64,000 nt of DNA from an uncultured Verrucomicrobiae bacterium (GCA_963762565.1 CAVXLD010000003.1:352001-416000), one strand, 5' to 3'. Shown: positions 47,583-58,176, counted from the first letter of the stretch. The notes: generated by a model not told the origin, from the letters alone. A program made the numbers and translations.

Positions 47583-50500
47583 CCGTGTGCTGGTTCGCTG
47601 AACTCGCCTCCGTTTTCAGGATCGCGCTGCTTGCGTGAAAAGCGGCGCGAGAGATTGTCAAAAAAGATGTAAATAACCGGAGTGGTGTAAAGCGTCAGGA
47701 CTTGGCTAAATATCAGTCCTCCTACCATCGCGATACCGAGCGGACGGCGTATTTCGGAACCGAATCCTGAGCCAAACGCCAATGGTACACCGGCCAATAG
47801 GGCGGCCATTGTGGTCATCATGATGGGACGAAAGCGCAACAAACAGGCCTCGTAAGCCGCTTCAGTAGCATTTTTCCCTCGCTGTCTGGACGCTTGCAGA
47901 GCGAAGTCGACAATCATGATGCCGTTCTTTTTGACAATGCCGAGCAATAGAACCAGTCCGATGATAGCGACCACACCGAGGTCCTCATGAAAGAGAATCA
48001 AGGCTAACAGCGCGCCCACACAGGCAGAGGGCAACGTCGACAAAATGGTGATGGGGTGAATGAAGTTTTCGTAGAGGATCCCCAGGACGAGGTAGACGGT
48101 GATCAAAGCAGCCAGAATGAGTATCGGCTCGTTAGTCAGTGAGGCTTGAAATGATGCGGCTGTACCTTGGAAACCAGCCTGGATGCTGGCGGGCATGTGC
48201 AGGTCCTTTTGCGTTTTCTCGACTAGTGATATGGCTTCGCCAAGCGAGGTGTTCGGGGAGAGATTGAACGAAACGGTGACCGCGGGGAATTGACCCTGGT
48301 GATTGATTGCGAGGAGTTCGGTTGTGTTTTCGAAATGGCAAAACGCGCTCAACGGAACCAGGTTGCTCAATGTGGAACTGGTCGAGCCGGCTGAAGTGGC
48401 GCCGGTGCTAGCGGTCTTGTTTGACAGAGCGTTCCCGGGTGGGTTCAACGTGTTGGCTGCCGAAGTATAAAGAACGGGACCGGTTAGAGCATTTGAACCA
48501 GCCGAGGATGAACCCGAGGCTGAGAAGGAGGTAGACGCCCCGGGGCCACTCGTCCCTTGAGAAGTGTTAGCCTGAATATAAATCTGATTCAGGTTGGATG
48601 GGTCTATCCTGAATGACGGCTCAACTTCCAGCAGGACGTGGTACTGATTGACCTGCGTGTACATCGTATTGATCTGTCGCTGACCAAATGCGTCGTACAG
48701 CGTGTTGTCGATGGCGTTCGGCGCGATGCCCAGTCGCGAGGCCGTAACTCGATCGATCTTTAAACGGACGGCGAGTCCTCCCGGTTGTTGATCGGTGGCG
48801 ACACTCTCCAGTTGTGGCAATGTCTTAAGGCGATCGACAAAACGGTCAGTCCAAGTGGTCAATTCCGTGGCGTCTGGACCTTCCAGTGTGAACTGGAACT
48901 GGGCCCGGCTCACCCGATCATCCACTGTGATGTTCTGGACCGGAGTCATGTACAGGTGGATTCCTTGGACCTGTTCCAGTTTTGGCGTTAGCCGGCGAAT
49001 AACATCGGCCGCACTAACGCGTTCTTCCAGCGGCTTGAGATTGATCGACATTCTCCCGCTGTTGATCGTGGTGTTAGTTCCGTCTGCACCGATAAAAGAG
49101 GAGAGGCTTTCCACCGCCGGGTCTTGGAGAACGACCTTGGCTAGTTCTTGTTGTTTCACCGCCATCTCCTTGGACCCGATGGTCGGCGGTGCTTGCGTAA
49201 TCCCTTGAATCACACCGGTATCCTGGGCTGGGAAAAAGCCTTTCGGGATGACGATGTAGAGGTAGACGGTAAAGACTAGAGTTACGACCGCGACAACGAG
49301 GGTGAGTCCCTGATGTTGGAGAACGATCTTCAGGGTGCGTCCGTAAAACGCGATCATGCCTTCAAAAGCGCGCTCGGACAGCCGGTAGAATCTGCCTTGC
49401 TGGGCTTCCGGCTTATGCTTAACAATGCGAGCGGTCATCATCGGCGTTAAGGTCAAAGAAACCACCGCCGAGATGACGATTGTCACTGCCAAGGTAACCG
49501 CGAATTCTCGGAAGAGACGTCCAACCACGTCGCCCATAAAGAGCAGCGGAATCAGTACGGCAATCAGGGATACGGTTAATGAAAGAATGGTAAATCCGAT
49601 CTGCTCCGCACCCTTTAGAGCCGCTTGCATTGGTGGTTCGCCCTCTTCGATGTAGCGGGTGATGTTTTCGATCATCACGATGGCGTCATCCACCACAAAC
49701 CCGGTGGCAATGGTGAGGGCCATTAGCGACAGGTTGTCCAGGCTGTACCCGAGAAAATACATGGCCGCGAAAGTGCCCACTAACGACAAAGGCACCGCGA
49801 CGCTGGGGATGATCGTGGCCGAAAGACTTCGTAAGAAGAGAAAGATGACCATCACGACCAAACCGATGGTTAGCATCAATTCAAACTCTACATCTGCTAC
49901 GGACGCGTTAATGGCGGTGGTGAGGTCGGTAAGGGTGGTGATCCGGATACTGGCCGGCAGACTGGATTGAAGGCTCGGCAAAAGGTGTTTAATACTGTTT
50001 ACCACGCTGATCGTGTTAGCGCCGGGCTGCCGTTGCACATTCAGAATTACGGCCGGCGTGGTATTCATCCAGGCCGCTTGCTGGTTGTTCTCGACGCCAT
50101 CGATAACCCGGGCCACGTCGGTCAGCATGACGGGAGCGCCGTTCCGGTAAGCGACAACCACGTTGTGATAGTCATTGCTGCTGACCAGCTGATCGTTGGC
50201 ATCGATCTGGAAGTTCTGGCGTGGACCGTCGAAATTGCCTTTGGCCGCGTTCAAGCTGGTGTCCACCAAGGCGGTTCGCACGTCCTCCAAATTGATGCCG
50301 TAAGACGACAGGGCGGTAGGGTTAACCTGAATGCGCACCGCGGGTTTTTGACCACCACTTATGCTGACCAGACCGACCCCGCTCAACTGCGCGATCTTAG
50401 GCGCCAGACGGGTATCAACCAAGTCCTCCACTTGGTTAAGTGGCATCGCATCCGAAGTGATCGCCAGCGTGATCACTGGGGCGTCGGCCGGATTCGTCTT

Positions 50501-50890
50501 ATTATAAACTGGTGGTGCCGGCAGGTTAGCCGGCAGCAAGCTTTGGGAGGCGTTGATGGCAGCCTGAACTTCTTCCTCGGCGACATCGAGTTTGAGGGTC
50601 AACGTAAATTGCAACACGATCACCGATGTCCCGCCGGAACTGCTCGACGTCATCTGGTTCAGTCCCGGCATTTGCCCGAATTGGCGTTCGAGCGGCGCAG
50701 TGACCGTGGTCGCGACTACATCCGGACTGGCGCCCGGATAAAATGTGACCACCTGAATGGTCGGATAATCAACCTGCGGCAAAGCAGAGACCGGGAGTTG
50801 TAAATAAGCAACGGCACCGGTCAGGAAGATGGCGACCATTAGCAGCGACGTTGCTACTGGTCGCAGGATAAATGGGCTGGACGGACTCAT
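47579..50890 (-). CDS. mdtB: RND transporter subunit, MdtB-like, with a Ser/Thr/Gly-rich insertion
   Basis: FILRPVATSLLM, LPVSALPQVDYPTIQV.TFYPGASP, TAPLERQFGQMPGL, SISGGQKPAVR. Confidence 0.9.
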   Translation of the reverse strand: MSPSSPFILRPVATSLLMVAIFLTGAVAYLQLPVSALPQVDYPTIQVVTFYPGASPDVVATTVTAPLERQFGQMPGLNQMTSSSSGGTSVIVLQFTLTLKLDVAEEEVQAAINASQSLLPANLPAPPVYNKTNPADAPVITLAITSDAMPLNQVEDLVDTRLAPKIAQLSGVGLVSISGGQKPAVRIQVNPTALSSYGINLEDVRTALVDTSLNAAKGNFDGPRQNFQIDANDQLVSSNDYHNVVVAYRNGAPVMLTDVARVIDGVENNQQAAWMNTTPAVILNVQRQPGANTISVVNSIKHLLPSLQSSLPASIRITTLTDLTTAINASVADVEFELMLTIGLVVMVIFLFLRSLSATIIPSVAVPLSLVGTFAAMYFLGYSLDNLSLMALTIATGFVVDDAIVMIENITRYIEEGEPPMQAALKGAEQIGFTILSLTVSLIAVLIPLLFMGDVVGRLFREFAVTLAVTIVISAVVSLTLTPMMTARIVKHKPEAQQGRFYRLSERAFEGMIAFYGRTLKIVLQHQGLTLVVAVVTLVFTVYLYIVIPKGFFPAQDTGVIQGITQAPPTIGSKEMAVKQQELAKVVLQDPAVESLSSFIGADGTNTTINSGRMSINLKPLEERVSAADVIRRLTPKLEQVQGIHLYMTPVQNITVDDRVSRAQFQFTLEGPDATELTTWTDRFVDRLKTLPQLESVATDQQPGGLAVRLKIDRVTASRLGIAPNAIDNTLYDAFGQRQINTMYTQVNQYHVLLEVEPSFRIDPSNLNQIYIQANTSQGTSGPGASTSFSASGSSSAGSNALTGPVLYTSAANTLNPPGNALSNKTASTGATSAGSTSSTLSNLVPLSAFCHFENTTELLAINHQGQFPAVTVSFNLSPNTSLGEAISLVEKTQKDLHMPASIQAGFQGTAASFQASLTNEPILILAALITVYLVLGILYENFIHPITILSTLPSACVGALLALILFHEDLGVVAIIGLVLLLGIVKKNGIMIVDFALQASRQRGKNATEAAYEACLLRFRPIMMTTMAALLAGVPLAFGSGFGSEIRRPLGIAMVGGLIFSQVLTLYTTPVIYIFFDNLSRRFSRKQRDPENGGEFSEPAHG

Positions 50891-52173
50891 GTACCCTGAC
50901 TGCCGTGCTGTTTCTGACCACCGCCCTGCTTTTGGTTATCCTGTTTGTCTGGACTCCCTTGTTTTTGCGGGCCACCAGGCCCAGGCTTGCCGGGTGCAAC
51001 GGTGACCTTGCTGTTGTCCTGTAGTTTGTCGAAGCTACTGTCGGCCAGCACATCGCCGGGATTAATTCCATCGACCTGGGTTAGCCCGTTATCGGAGACT
51101 CCCGGCTTGATGTTCTTCAAATGGGCGACGTTGTCTTGAACGACATACACAAACGACGTCTGACCATTTTGCTGGATGGTTGAGGATGGAACCAATGTCA
51201 CGCCCTGCAGCGTTTTTACTAGCAGACGCGCGTTGACAAATTGATTGGGGAACAGGGCAAAGTCAGTGTTGGGAAAACTCGCCCGGACTTTCACCGTGCC
51301 GGTGGTAGTGTCGATCTGGTTATCCACCGCAATTAACTCGCCGGTTGCCAGTTTCTTTTGTGCTGCCCGATCATAGACATCAACCGTAAGCTTGGCGCCG
51401 TTGCGCAGCTGCTCCTCAACTTGGTCCAGGTTATCTTCCGCGATAGTAAACACTACCGTGATCGGTTGGATCTGGGTGATAACCACCAATGGCGTAGAGC
51501 TACTGCTGCTCGAGCTGGTGCCGGCGGTTACCAGGTTCCCAGGATCGATGGGACGTAGTCCAACCCGTCCCGGGATCGGAGCGGCGATATGACAATATTC
51601 GACCTGGAGCTGGTCAAACTGGACTGCTCCTTCATCATTTTTTACCGTTCCTTGTTCCTGGAGCACCAGCTTCTCCTGGTCGTCCAGAATTTGTTTAGCG
51701 ACACCGTTCCGGGCCCAAGCATCGCGATAGCGTTGAAGGTCCATTTGGGCCTGCCCTAATACGTTCTGATCTCGTTGGAGGGCGCCTTGCGCCTGTACTA
51801 ACTGTGCCTGGTATTGGCGGTCATCAATATCGACAAGCGGATCACCTTGCTTAACGATTTGGCCTTCCTGATAGTTCACCTTGGTTACCACCCCAGTCAC
51901 CTGACTGAAAATGGAAGCGGTGTAGACCGGGGTCACGGTTCCGATGGCGTCCAGGTAGTCGCCAATGTCTCCCTTCGTTGCCGTGGCTGTGGTGATCATG
52001 GTGGCTCCAACCACGCGCCCCTTCGGCGCTTCCTTGGGCATCGAGATCAGGTAGAACCCAAGCGCGAATAACCCCAACACCGCAATCCAGATCAGCACTC
52101 GAAGAAATCGGCTCCGCTTAGGGGTAGAGGGTGGAGCGGGTTTGGTTTTTAGATTTGTCGTCTGAACACTCAT
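50887..52173 (-). CDS. mdtA: RND periplasmic adaptor, MdtA-like
   Basis: AIGTVTP, GRVGLR.IDPGNLV, QIQPITVVFTI, DNQIDTTTGTVK, LFPNQFVNARL. Confidence 0.9.
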   Translation of the reverse strand: MSVQTTNLKTKPAPPSTPKRSRFLRVLIWIAVLGLFALGFYLISMPKEAPKGRVVGATMITTATATKGDIGDYLDAIGTVTPVYTASIFSQVTGVVTKVNYQEGQIVKQGDPLVDIDDRQYQAQLVQAQGALQRDQNVLGQAQMDLQRYRDAWARNGVAKQILDDQEKLVLQEQGTVKNDEGAVQFDQLQVEYCHIAAPIPGRVGLRPIDPGNLVTAGTSSSSSSSTPLVVITQIQPITVVFTIAEDNLDQVEEQLRNGAKLTVDVYDRAAQKKLATGELIAVDNQIDTTTGTVKVRASFPNTDFALFPNQFVNARLLVKTLQGVTLVPSSTIQQNGQTSFVYVVQDNVAHLKNIKPGVSDNGLTQVDGINPGDVLADSSFDKLQDNSKVTVAPGKPGPGGPQKQGSPDKQDNQKQGGGQKQHGSQGT

Positions 52174-52445
52174 TCGGTCGGTACGAATCTACTATCCGGG
52201 GTGTGGATCTAGGGCGACCGCGAAGTGCGGGGCAATCTATGCCACCCGCACGATTCGGTCGATGTTAATTTACGAAGCGCTGTTTCGATCTTTAAGTGCC
52301 GCGATACAAGCGGATTTTATGCCCTCGCTGGTTGGAGTGTAGTTTTTCGAGGGGGGGCGTCCTCTGGCTGCTGATTAATAAGCTCTTACTATCGTGCAAA
52401 CTGCAGGGAAGATAAAACTCATTCTGCAGGGTGCATTGTGACAAT

Positions 52446-52666
52446 CGTGGAGCGTGCCTCACTTGCGAGGCCGTGGTGAGCAGGGGAGAAATCGTGAAGT
52501 AACCCATTGTTGTCTGCCCTCTATGCCGCCGTGTCTTCACACCTTGTAGAGCGCAGTCAGACAGGGTGATTGAATGCGGGTAATCCCTTTGTTCACCACG
52601 GCCTCGCAAGCGAGGCACGCTCCACGGTTCCGACCGATTCGGCCTGGAAAGCGAGGCACGCTCCAC
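52446..52666. repeat. Family A doublet plus a degenerate third copy
   Basis: cgtggagcgtgcctcacttgcgaggccgtggtgagcagggg ... gttcaccacggcctcgcaagcgaggcacgctccacgg ... ggcctggaaagcgaggcacgctccac. Confidence 0.88.
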
Positions 52667-52754
52667 CATTTCTAACTCGCCACGGCGGGCACATCCCGCC
52701 AACAGCTAAACTCATCCCAGGAATTTCGTTCCACCAACTCCGTAAGCAACGAAA

Positions 52755-54074
52755 TCAAAGTCGAACGCCACGAATCGATGCATCAACGAGCTCTATACCG
52801 TGATGAACGGGCACCTTGCGTCCTGCCCGAGCCAGGGCCGATTGAAGCTGGAGGAGGCATCCAGGGTTAGCTGATACGACCATGTCCGGGTTCACCTCGG
52901 CGACGTGACTCACCTTGCGATCACCGAGCTCGGCGGCAGCTTCGGGTTGAACAAGGTTGTAAATGCCGGCAGAGCCGCAGCAGACGGCAGCTTCGGGGAT
53001 CTCCAGGATTTCCAGGTTCGGGATACCGGTAAGCACAGTCCGGGGCTGTGACCGGATTTTTTGCGCATGCTGCAGATGACAAGCATCGTGGTAAGCAACG
53101 CGGATCGGCAAGGGATGTCGTTGCGCGCGGGGCTCCAGTTCGGCTAGGAATTCGAAAATGTCACGGCATTTGGCTGAAAATGTTTTCGCGCGTTCGGCAT
53201 ATTCCGGGTCATCCCGTAGCAGGTGGCCGTAGTCTTTCATATTCGAACCGCACCCGGCGGCATTGATGATCACGGTGTCGACCTCAGCCTTTTCAAATAG
53301 GTCGATGGTTCGTCGGGCGAACCGTATCGCCTGTTCTTCTTCGCCTGTGTGAACCAGCAGGGCGCCGCAACAGGGTTGGGCCTCCGGAGCCACCACTTCA
53401 CAGCCTTCCGCGGCCAGCACCCGCGCCGTGGCCGCGTTTACCTGCGGGAAAAAGACGCGCTGAACACAGCCTAGTAATAAACCCACTCGGCGCCGTTTCT
53501 CGCCTTGGGCCGGACTCAATTCAGGGACTCTCTCCTGTGCCGGGACGCGCGGTAACAACGCTTCCATAGCCTGAAACCGTTTCGGCAGCAGTTTCGGGAT
53601 ACCAAGGCGTCGAACTAGTTTATCCAGCCCGGTCTGCTGATAGAGACGAAGCGGCAAGGCTAACAAGCGCAGCCGTTCCGGCCGGGTAAACGTGCTGAAC
53701 AAGAACTGGCGAAATCGTTTTTCGGCGGCAGGTCGCTCGTAACGGCGTTCGATCTGGGCGCGGGTTGCTTCGATCAGTTTTCCGTAGTCAACACCGGAAG
53801 GGCAGGCGGTCATGCAGGCCATGCAACCAAGGCAAGCGTCGAAATGTCCGACCCAGGTTTTGTTGATGGACGCATCGCCTTCGGCGGCCATCTTCATCAG
53901 ATAGATACGGCCGCGGGGCGAATCCATCTCCTCTTTCCAAAGGATATAAGTAGGACACACCGGCAGGCAAAAACCGCAGTGAACGCATTGGTCGATGAGC
54001 TCGCTTGCCGGCGGATGATGAGCGTCGTAAGCGCTTATTCTGGCTGGATGCAATGTCGCTGATTCAGGCATCAA
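52755..54074 (-). CDS. glcF: Glycolate oxidase iron-sulfur subunit
   Basis: CVHCGFCLPVCPTY, DSPRGRI, CLGCMACMTACPSGV.Y, CCG domains, ANPGC. Confidence 0.92.
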   Translation of the reverse strand: MMPESATLHPARISAYDAHHPPASELIDQCVHCGFCLPVCPTYILWKEEMDSPRGRIYLMKMAAEGDASINKTWVGHFDACLGCMACMTACPSGVDYGKLIEATRAQIERRYERPAAEKRFRQFLFSTFTRPERLRLLALPLRLYQQTGLDKLVRRLGIPKLLPKRFQAMEALLPRVPAQERVPELSPAQGEKRRRVGLLLGCVQRVFFPQVNAATARVLAAEGCEVVAPEAQPCCGALLVHTGEEEQAIRFARRTIDLFEKAEVDTVIINAAGCGSNMKDYGHLLRDDPEYAERAKTFSAKCRDIFEFLAELEPRAQRHPLPIRVAYHDACHLQHAQKIRSQPRTVLTGIPNLEILEIPEAAVCCGSAGIYNLVQPEAAAELGDRKVSHVAEVNPDMVVSANPGCLLQLQSALARAGRKVPVHHGIELVDASIRGVRL

Positions 54075-55393
54075 ATTCCTCCGACGAATCGTCCGGGATT
54101 CAGTGTCTTTCGCGGGTCGAGTTGTTCCTTAATACTCAGCATCAGAGGCAGGGTATCGCCGCAATTTCCCCACGCATCGATGGCCGGCATGTCCGGCGGT
54201 CGATGTGCCACGGCCAGCGACCCGCCAGTCCGTTCCAGCTCGGAACGGAGTGCCTGCAGCATTTGGTGAATGGCCATCGGATTCCGTGCCTCGAGCCGGA
54301 CCCACCCCAGGCCTGTTCCTTGCACTACCGCACGCCAATCGACCCCTCCAAACCTCGCCAAGTCGCAGACTTGCTTGCAGGTGTCAGCGATGGCTGTGGG
54401 CAGCACGCTGAACTTAGCGATCGCTGCCGGTATCGGCCCCGTCGTGTTCTTGTTTAGTGAAGCCGTTTCATCGAAGAGGTCTTGGCGCGCTTGCCAGACT
54501 TTATCGCTGGATTCAGTTTCCTTGGCCACCCCCGCCAGTTTTCGTAAGCTCTCGGTTTGGGCGGCGAGGCCGGCCTCGGTTCCGTCAAAACGAATATCGA
54601 TCGCAGGCAATGTTTCCGATGCAGATCGGATCTGCAACCCCGTGTGTGCGAGCTTGGAATCCTGAACTGCTAACAATAAGCGGTTAGCATCGGCCGGGTT
54701 CTGAGCCTCGAATGTGAACGACAGAATATTCCGGGGCAGGGGATGCAACCGAAATATGGCCCGGGTAATAACGCCCAGTGTGCCCAGCGCTCCGGTGACC
54801 AGTTTCGGAAGGTCATATCCGGCCACGTTTTTTACGACTTTGCCACCACTCGATGCCAGAGTGCCGTCGGGCAAGGCAATCGTCGTGCCGATAACCAGAT
54901 CGCGCAGCGCACCGTACCGTATCCGCAAGGTCCCGCTATCGTTGGTGGAAAGGATGCCGCCGATGGTCGCTTGCTCGGGCCACAAAGGATCCACCGCAAC
55001 GTGTTGTCCATGTTGAGCCAGGGTCTGTTGAAGTTTCCCGATAGTGCACCCGGCTTCCACGCTGACGGTCAGATCAGCCCAGGCATGTTCGATAACCCGG
55101 TTGAGCCGCGCGGTTGAAAGAATAAGGTCCGCCCGGGTTGGCGGGTTGCCCCAACTATTCTTGGAGCCGCCGCCGCGCGGTATTACACTGAGTCCGGCGG
55201 CATCGGCGTTACCCAGGACAGCAGCCAGTTCGGTTTCATTTGCCGGCTCGAAGACCAGCTGCGGCTGGATGCCGGCCACGATGTCACCCGCTCCGGCGTC
55301 TCGCCATTGTTCCGCGTTTCCGATAGCGCTGAGATCCGCCAATGAGCTTGCGATCCCTGCGTTCGTTCCCGAAGTTGACAGTGGGGCCGCCAT
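54071..55393 (-). CDS. glcE: Glycolate oxidase FAD-binding subunit
   Basis: DLTVSVEAG, ATIGG, GGKVVKNVAGYDLPKL.TG..GTLGVI, LDP...LNPGR. Confidence 0.9.
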   Translation of the reverse strand: MAAPLSTSGTNAGIASSLADLSAIGNAEQWRDAGAGDIVAGIQPQLVFEPANETELAAVLGNADAAGLSVIPRGGGSKNSWGNPPTRADLILSTARLNRVIEHAWADLTVSVEAGCTIGKLQQTLAQHGQHVAVDPLWPEQATIGGILSTNDSGTLRIRYGALRDLVIGTTIALPDGTLASSGGKVVKNVAGYDLPKLVTGALGTLGVITRAIFRLHPLPRNILSFTFEAQNPADANRLLLAVQDSKLAHTGLQIRSASETLPAIDIRFDGTEAGLAAQTESLRKLAGVAKETESSDKVWQARQDLFDETASLNKNTTGPIPAAIAKFSVLPTAIADTCKQVCDLARFGGVDWRAVVQGTGLGWVRLEARNPMAIHQMLQALRSELERTGGSLAVAHRPPDMPAIDAWGNCGDTLPLMLSIKEQLDPRKTLNPGRFVGGI

Positions 55394-55394
55394 C

Positions 55395-56843
55395 TTAGAA
55401 ACGCTCTGCTATTCCGGCCACCTCCAAAGGATGAGGCTCATATTTTCCCGGCTCTTCGCCGCAAAGTCGTGGACGCGGAAAAACCTTGGTCGGATTCGAA
55501 AGTTGTTTCGGGTCGAAAGCGCAGCGCACCCGTTGCATTGTTTCCAGATCGGGCTCAGCATACATCTTCGACATCATCATCTTTTTCTCTTCGCCGACGC
55601 CGTGCTCACCGGTGATTGAACCGCCCGCCTCAATACAAAGTTCCAGGATGCGGTTCGCCAGCGTTTCTGCGGCATGCTCTTGTCCTTCTATTCTCCGATC
55701 ATAAAGCACTAAAGGATGCAGATTCCCGTCGCCGGCGTGAAACACATTAGCGACTCTGACTCCGGATTCGGCGCCGAGCCGCTCGATCTCCCTCATAATC
55801 CGGGGCAGCGCGGTGCGCGGAATCACGCCGTCCTGCACAATATAATTAGGCGAGATGCGGCCGACAGCGGCGAACGCCGCTTTGCGGCCTTTCCAAACCA
55901 AGGCGCGTTCAGCATCGGTTTGGGCTACCCGAATCTCCGTGGCGCCGCACTTGCGGCAGATCGCGTCGACTTGCGGCATGAGGGCTTCGACTTCCGCAAT
56001 CGGGCCGTCGAGCTCAACCAACAATAAGCCACCACAGTTTGGATAATTGGCATGCACGGCGGCTTCAGCTGCTTGAATAGCCAGGTTGTCCATCATCTCG
56101 ATTGCGGCCGGTAACATGCCTGCGCCGATGATATCGCTAACCGCAACTCCTGCCTCCATCGTGGAACCAAACGCAGCCAGCAAGGTGTGAATGCATTCCG
56201 GACGTTTGACGATGCGGAGGATGACTTTGGTGGCGATACCTAAGGTTCCCTCTGAACCGACAAAGACTCCGGTGAGATCGTAACCAGGGGCGTCGAGTGC
56301 TCTGCCACCTAAATGGGCAAGCGACCCGTCCGGTAGCACCACTTCCAACCCCAGCACATGCGTGGTTGTAAAACCGTATTTCAGGCAGTGAGCGCCGCCG
56401 GCGTTTTCCGCCACATTCCCACCGATACTGCAGACTGATTGTGATGAAGGATCCGGTGCATAAAAGAATCCATAGGGTGCGACCCGCTCGGTTACCTCCA
56501 GATTGATCACGCCGGGCTCAACCACCATCCGAGCGTTAGGTAAATCGACTTCCAGAATCCGATTCATCCGAGCAGTGCTGATCACCACGCCGTTCTTCAC
56601 TGGCAAAGCGCCTCCGCTCAATCCAGTACCAGAGCCTCGCGCCACGAATGGAATTTCGGCCCGATGACAGACGCGCACGACTCCTTGCACTTGTTCGGTT
56701 GAGCTTGGTAGCAGCACTGCATCCGGCAACACGCGAAAGATGGTTAGCCCATCGCACTCGTAGGTCTTTAATTGTTCGGGGGAGCTGATCAGTCCGCGAT
56801 CGCCGACAACGTCGCGAAATTCTTGGAGAATGCGGGGGTCCAC
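55395..56843 (-). CDS. glcD: Glycolate oxidase subunit GlcD
   Basis: RGSGTGLSGGA, PDPSSQ..CSIGGNVAENAGGAHCLKYG, FHAGDGNLHP, TGEHGVG.EK. Confidence 0.94.
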   Translation of the reverse strand: MDPRILQEFRDVVGDRGLISSPEQLKTYECDGLTIFRVLPDAVLLPSSTEQVQGVVRVCHRAEIPFVARGSGTGLSGGALPVKNGVVISTARMNRILEVDLPNARMVVEPGVINLEVTERVAPYGFFYAPDPSSQSVCSIGGNVAENAGGAHCLKYGFTTTHVLGLEVVLPDGSLAHLGGRALDAPGYDLTGVFVGSEGTLGIATKVILRIVKRPECIHTLLAAFGSTMEAGVAVSDIIGAGMLPAAIEMMDNLAIQAAEAAVHANYPNCGGLLLVELDGPIAEVEALMPQVDAICRKCGATEIRVAQTDAERALVWKGRKAAFAAVGRISPNYIVQDGVIPRTALPRIMREIERLGAESGVRVANVFHAGDGNLHPLVLYDRRIEGQEHAAETLANRILELCIEAGGSITGEHGVGEEKKMMMSKMYAEPDLETMQRVRCAFDPKQLSNPTKVFPRPRLCGEEPGKYEPHPLEVAGIAERF

Positions 56844-56901
56844 GTGTGAGTCAGCCTAGTGCGGTGGCGGGAGGACGTCAACGGCCTGAGGGCCTCGTAA
56901 C

Positions 56902-57193
56902 TGGTGGGGCGAGGCTCCCGAACGATCTAACGCTGTTCGCGGCGGCGCCGAGCGGTTGCTATCCCTGGTAGTCCAAGGTCCGGCGCGCGCCGAGCCGCCG
57001 ACCCATGACGCGCTCTCACCCAACGCAACGCCGGAATGGGATCACGTTGGCGGCCTCGAGAATAATCCTTGAGAACGGAATCAGCGCTGGGTCAATCGCG
57101 GCTCGGCGCGCGCATGGCGTTCGATACGATGCGTCGAGATACGTCAACTGCGCTGCGAAGACCTGTCGGTACTGCGGGAGCCTCGCCCCACCA
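56902..57193. repeat. Family D nested-palindrome element overlapping the EamA 3' end
   Basis: TGGTGGGGCGAGGCTCCCG ... CGGGAGCCTCGCCCCACCA with inner GCGCGCGCCGAGCCGC / GCGGCTCGGCGCGCGC. Confidence 0.85.
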
Positions 57194-58088
57194 AATTTGC
57201 TCCCTCACGCCCTTTCTCCGCCCGATGCAGTGCTACCCCGGCGACTACCAATGCCAGGCCAACCAGTTGTGGGCCGGATGGGAATTGTCGCAAAACAATG
57301 ATACCCATCGCGGTGGCGGTAGCGGGGAGAAGGGATAACAGAAGCGAGAAACTCGCGGCCGGTAGCTTCTTCATGGCGAGTTGGTCGCACACGTAGGGGA
57401 TAACCGAGGAGGAGATGCCGACTCCGGCGGCAGCAGCTAGAAGGACGGGACTCACGAACGCGACCCTGGCATCCCGGATCCCGATGGGGATAATCGTTAT
57501 CATGGCGACCAGCATCGCTGAGCCGATGGCATCGGCTCCTGCAATGACGCTGCTCGAAGCGATAGCATGTCCAATCGATACATACAGCATGAAAAGGGCG
57601 CAATTGGCGAAAGCGAAGAAATACCCGACGACTGCGTTCTTAATCTCGATCCGGGTAAGAAAATAGACGCCGGCCACGGCTAGACCTAAGCTCACAAAGT
57701 TACGAGGGGTTCGGAATTGGGAAACGGCCAGCAGAATCGGACCGAGAAATTCAATCGCGCCCACCGTGCCCAATGGCAGCACCGAGATCGAAAGATAGAA
57801 ACAGCTGTTCATCGCGGCCAGAACAACGCCGAACGCGATAATGCGGTGTCGATCCCGGCGATCCAACGCTAAGAAGACGCGCCAAGGTTTTCGGAAGAGG
57901 GCGAAGACGGCCGCAGCCGTTGCGATCCGCAACCAGGCGACACCCAGTGGTGCGACGTCCCTGAAGAGGATTACGGCAAAGGCCGGTCCGAGGTAATGAA
58001 AGACCGCGCTGATCAGGAAAAAGGAAAGTGGTGGCCACCGAGATAAACGCGTTTCAAGGTCAGTTGTTGGCAAAACCCTAAAATGCAT
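57144..58088 (-). CDS. EamA/RhtA-type DMT transporter
   Basis: FHYLGPAFAV, VAWLRI, LPLGTVGAIEFLGP, SSVIPYVCDQLAM, LLPATA; about 10 transmembrane helices. Confidence 0.9.
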   Translation of the reverse strand: MHFRVLPTTDLETRLSRWPPLSFFLISAVFHYLGPAFAVILFRDVAPLGVAWLRIATAAAVFALFRKPWRVFLALDRRDRHRIIAFGVVLAAMNSCFYLSISVLPLGTVGAIEFLGPILLAVSQFRTPRNFVSLGLAVAGVYFLTRIEIKNAVVGYFFAFANCALFMLYVSIGHAIASSSVIAGADAIGSAMLVAMITIIPIGIRDARVAFVSPVLLAAAAGVGISSSVIPYVCDQLAMKKLPAASFSLLLSLLPATATAMGIIVLRQFPSGPQLVGLALVVAGVALHRAEKGREGANLVGRGSRSTDRSSQRS

Positions 58089-58176
58089 TTACCATTTTAG
58101 GTAGATAGAACGGCTAAAGCTATACTGGAACTGTAATCAATCAGACGAATCTTTTTCTGAATATGAGAATAACTTC

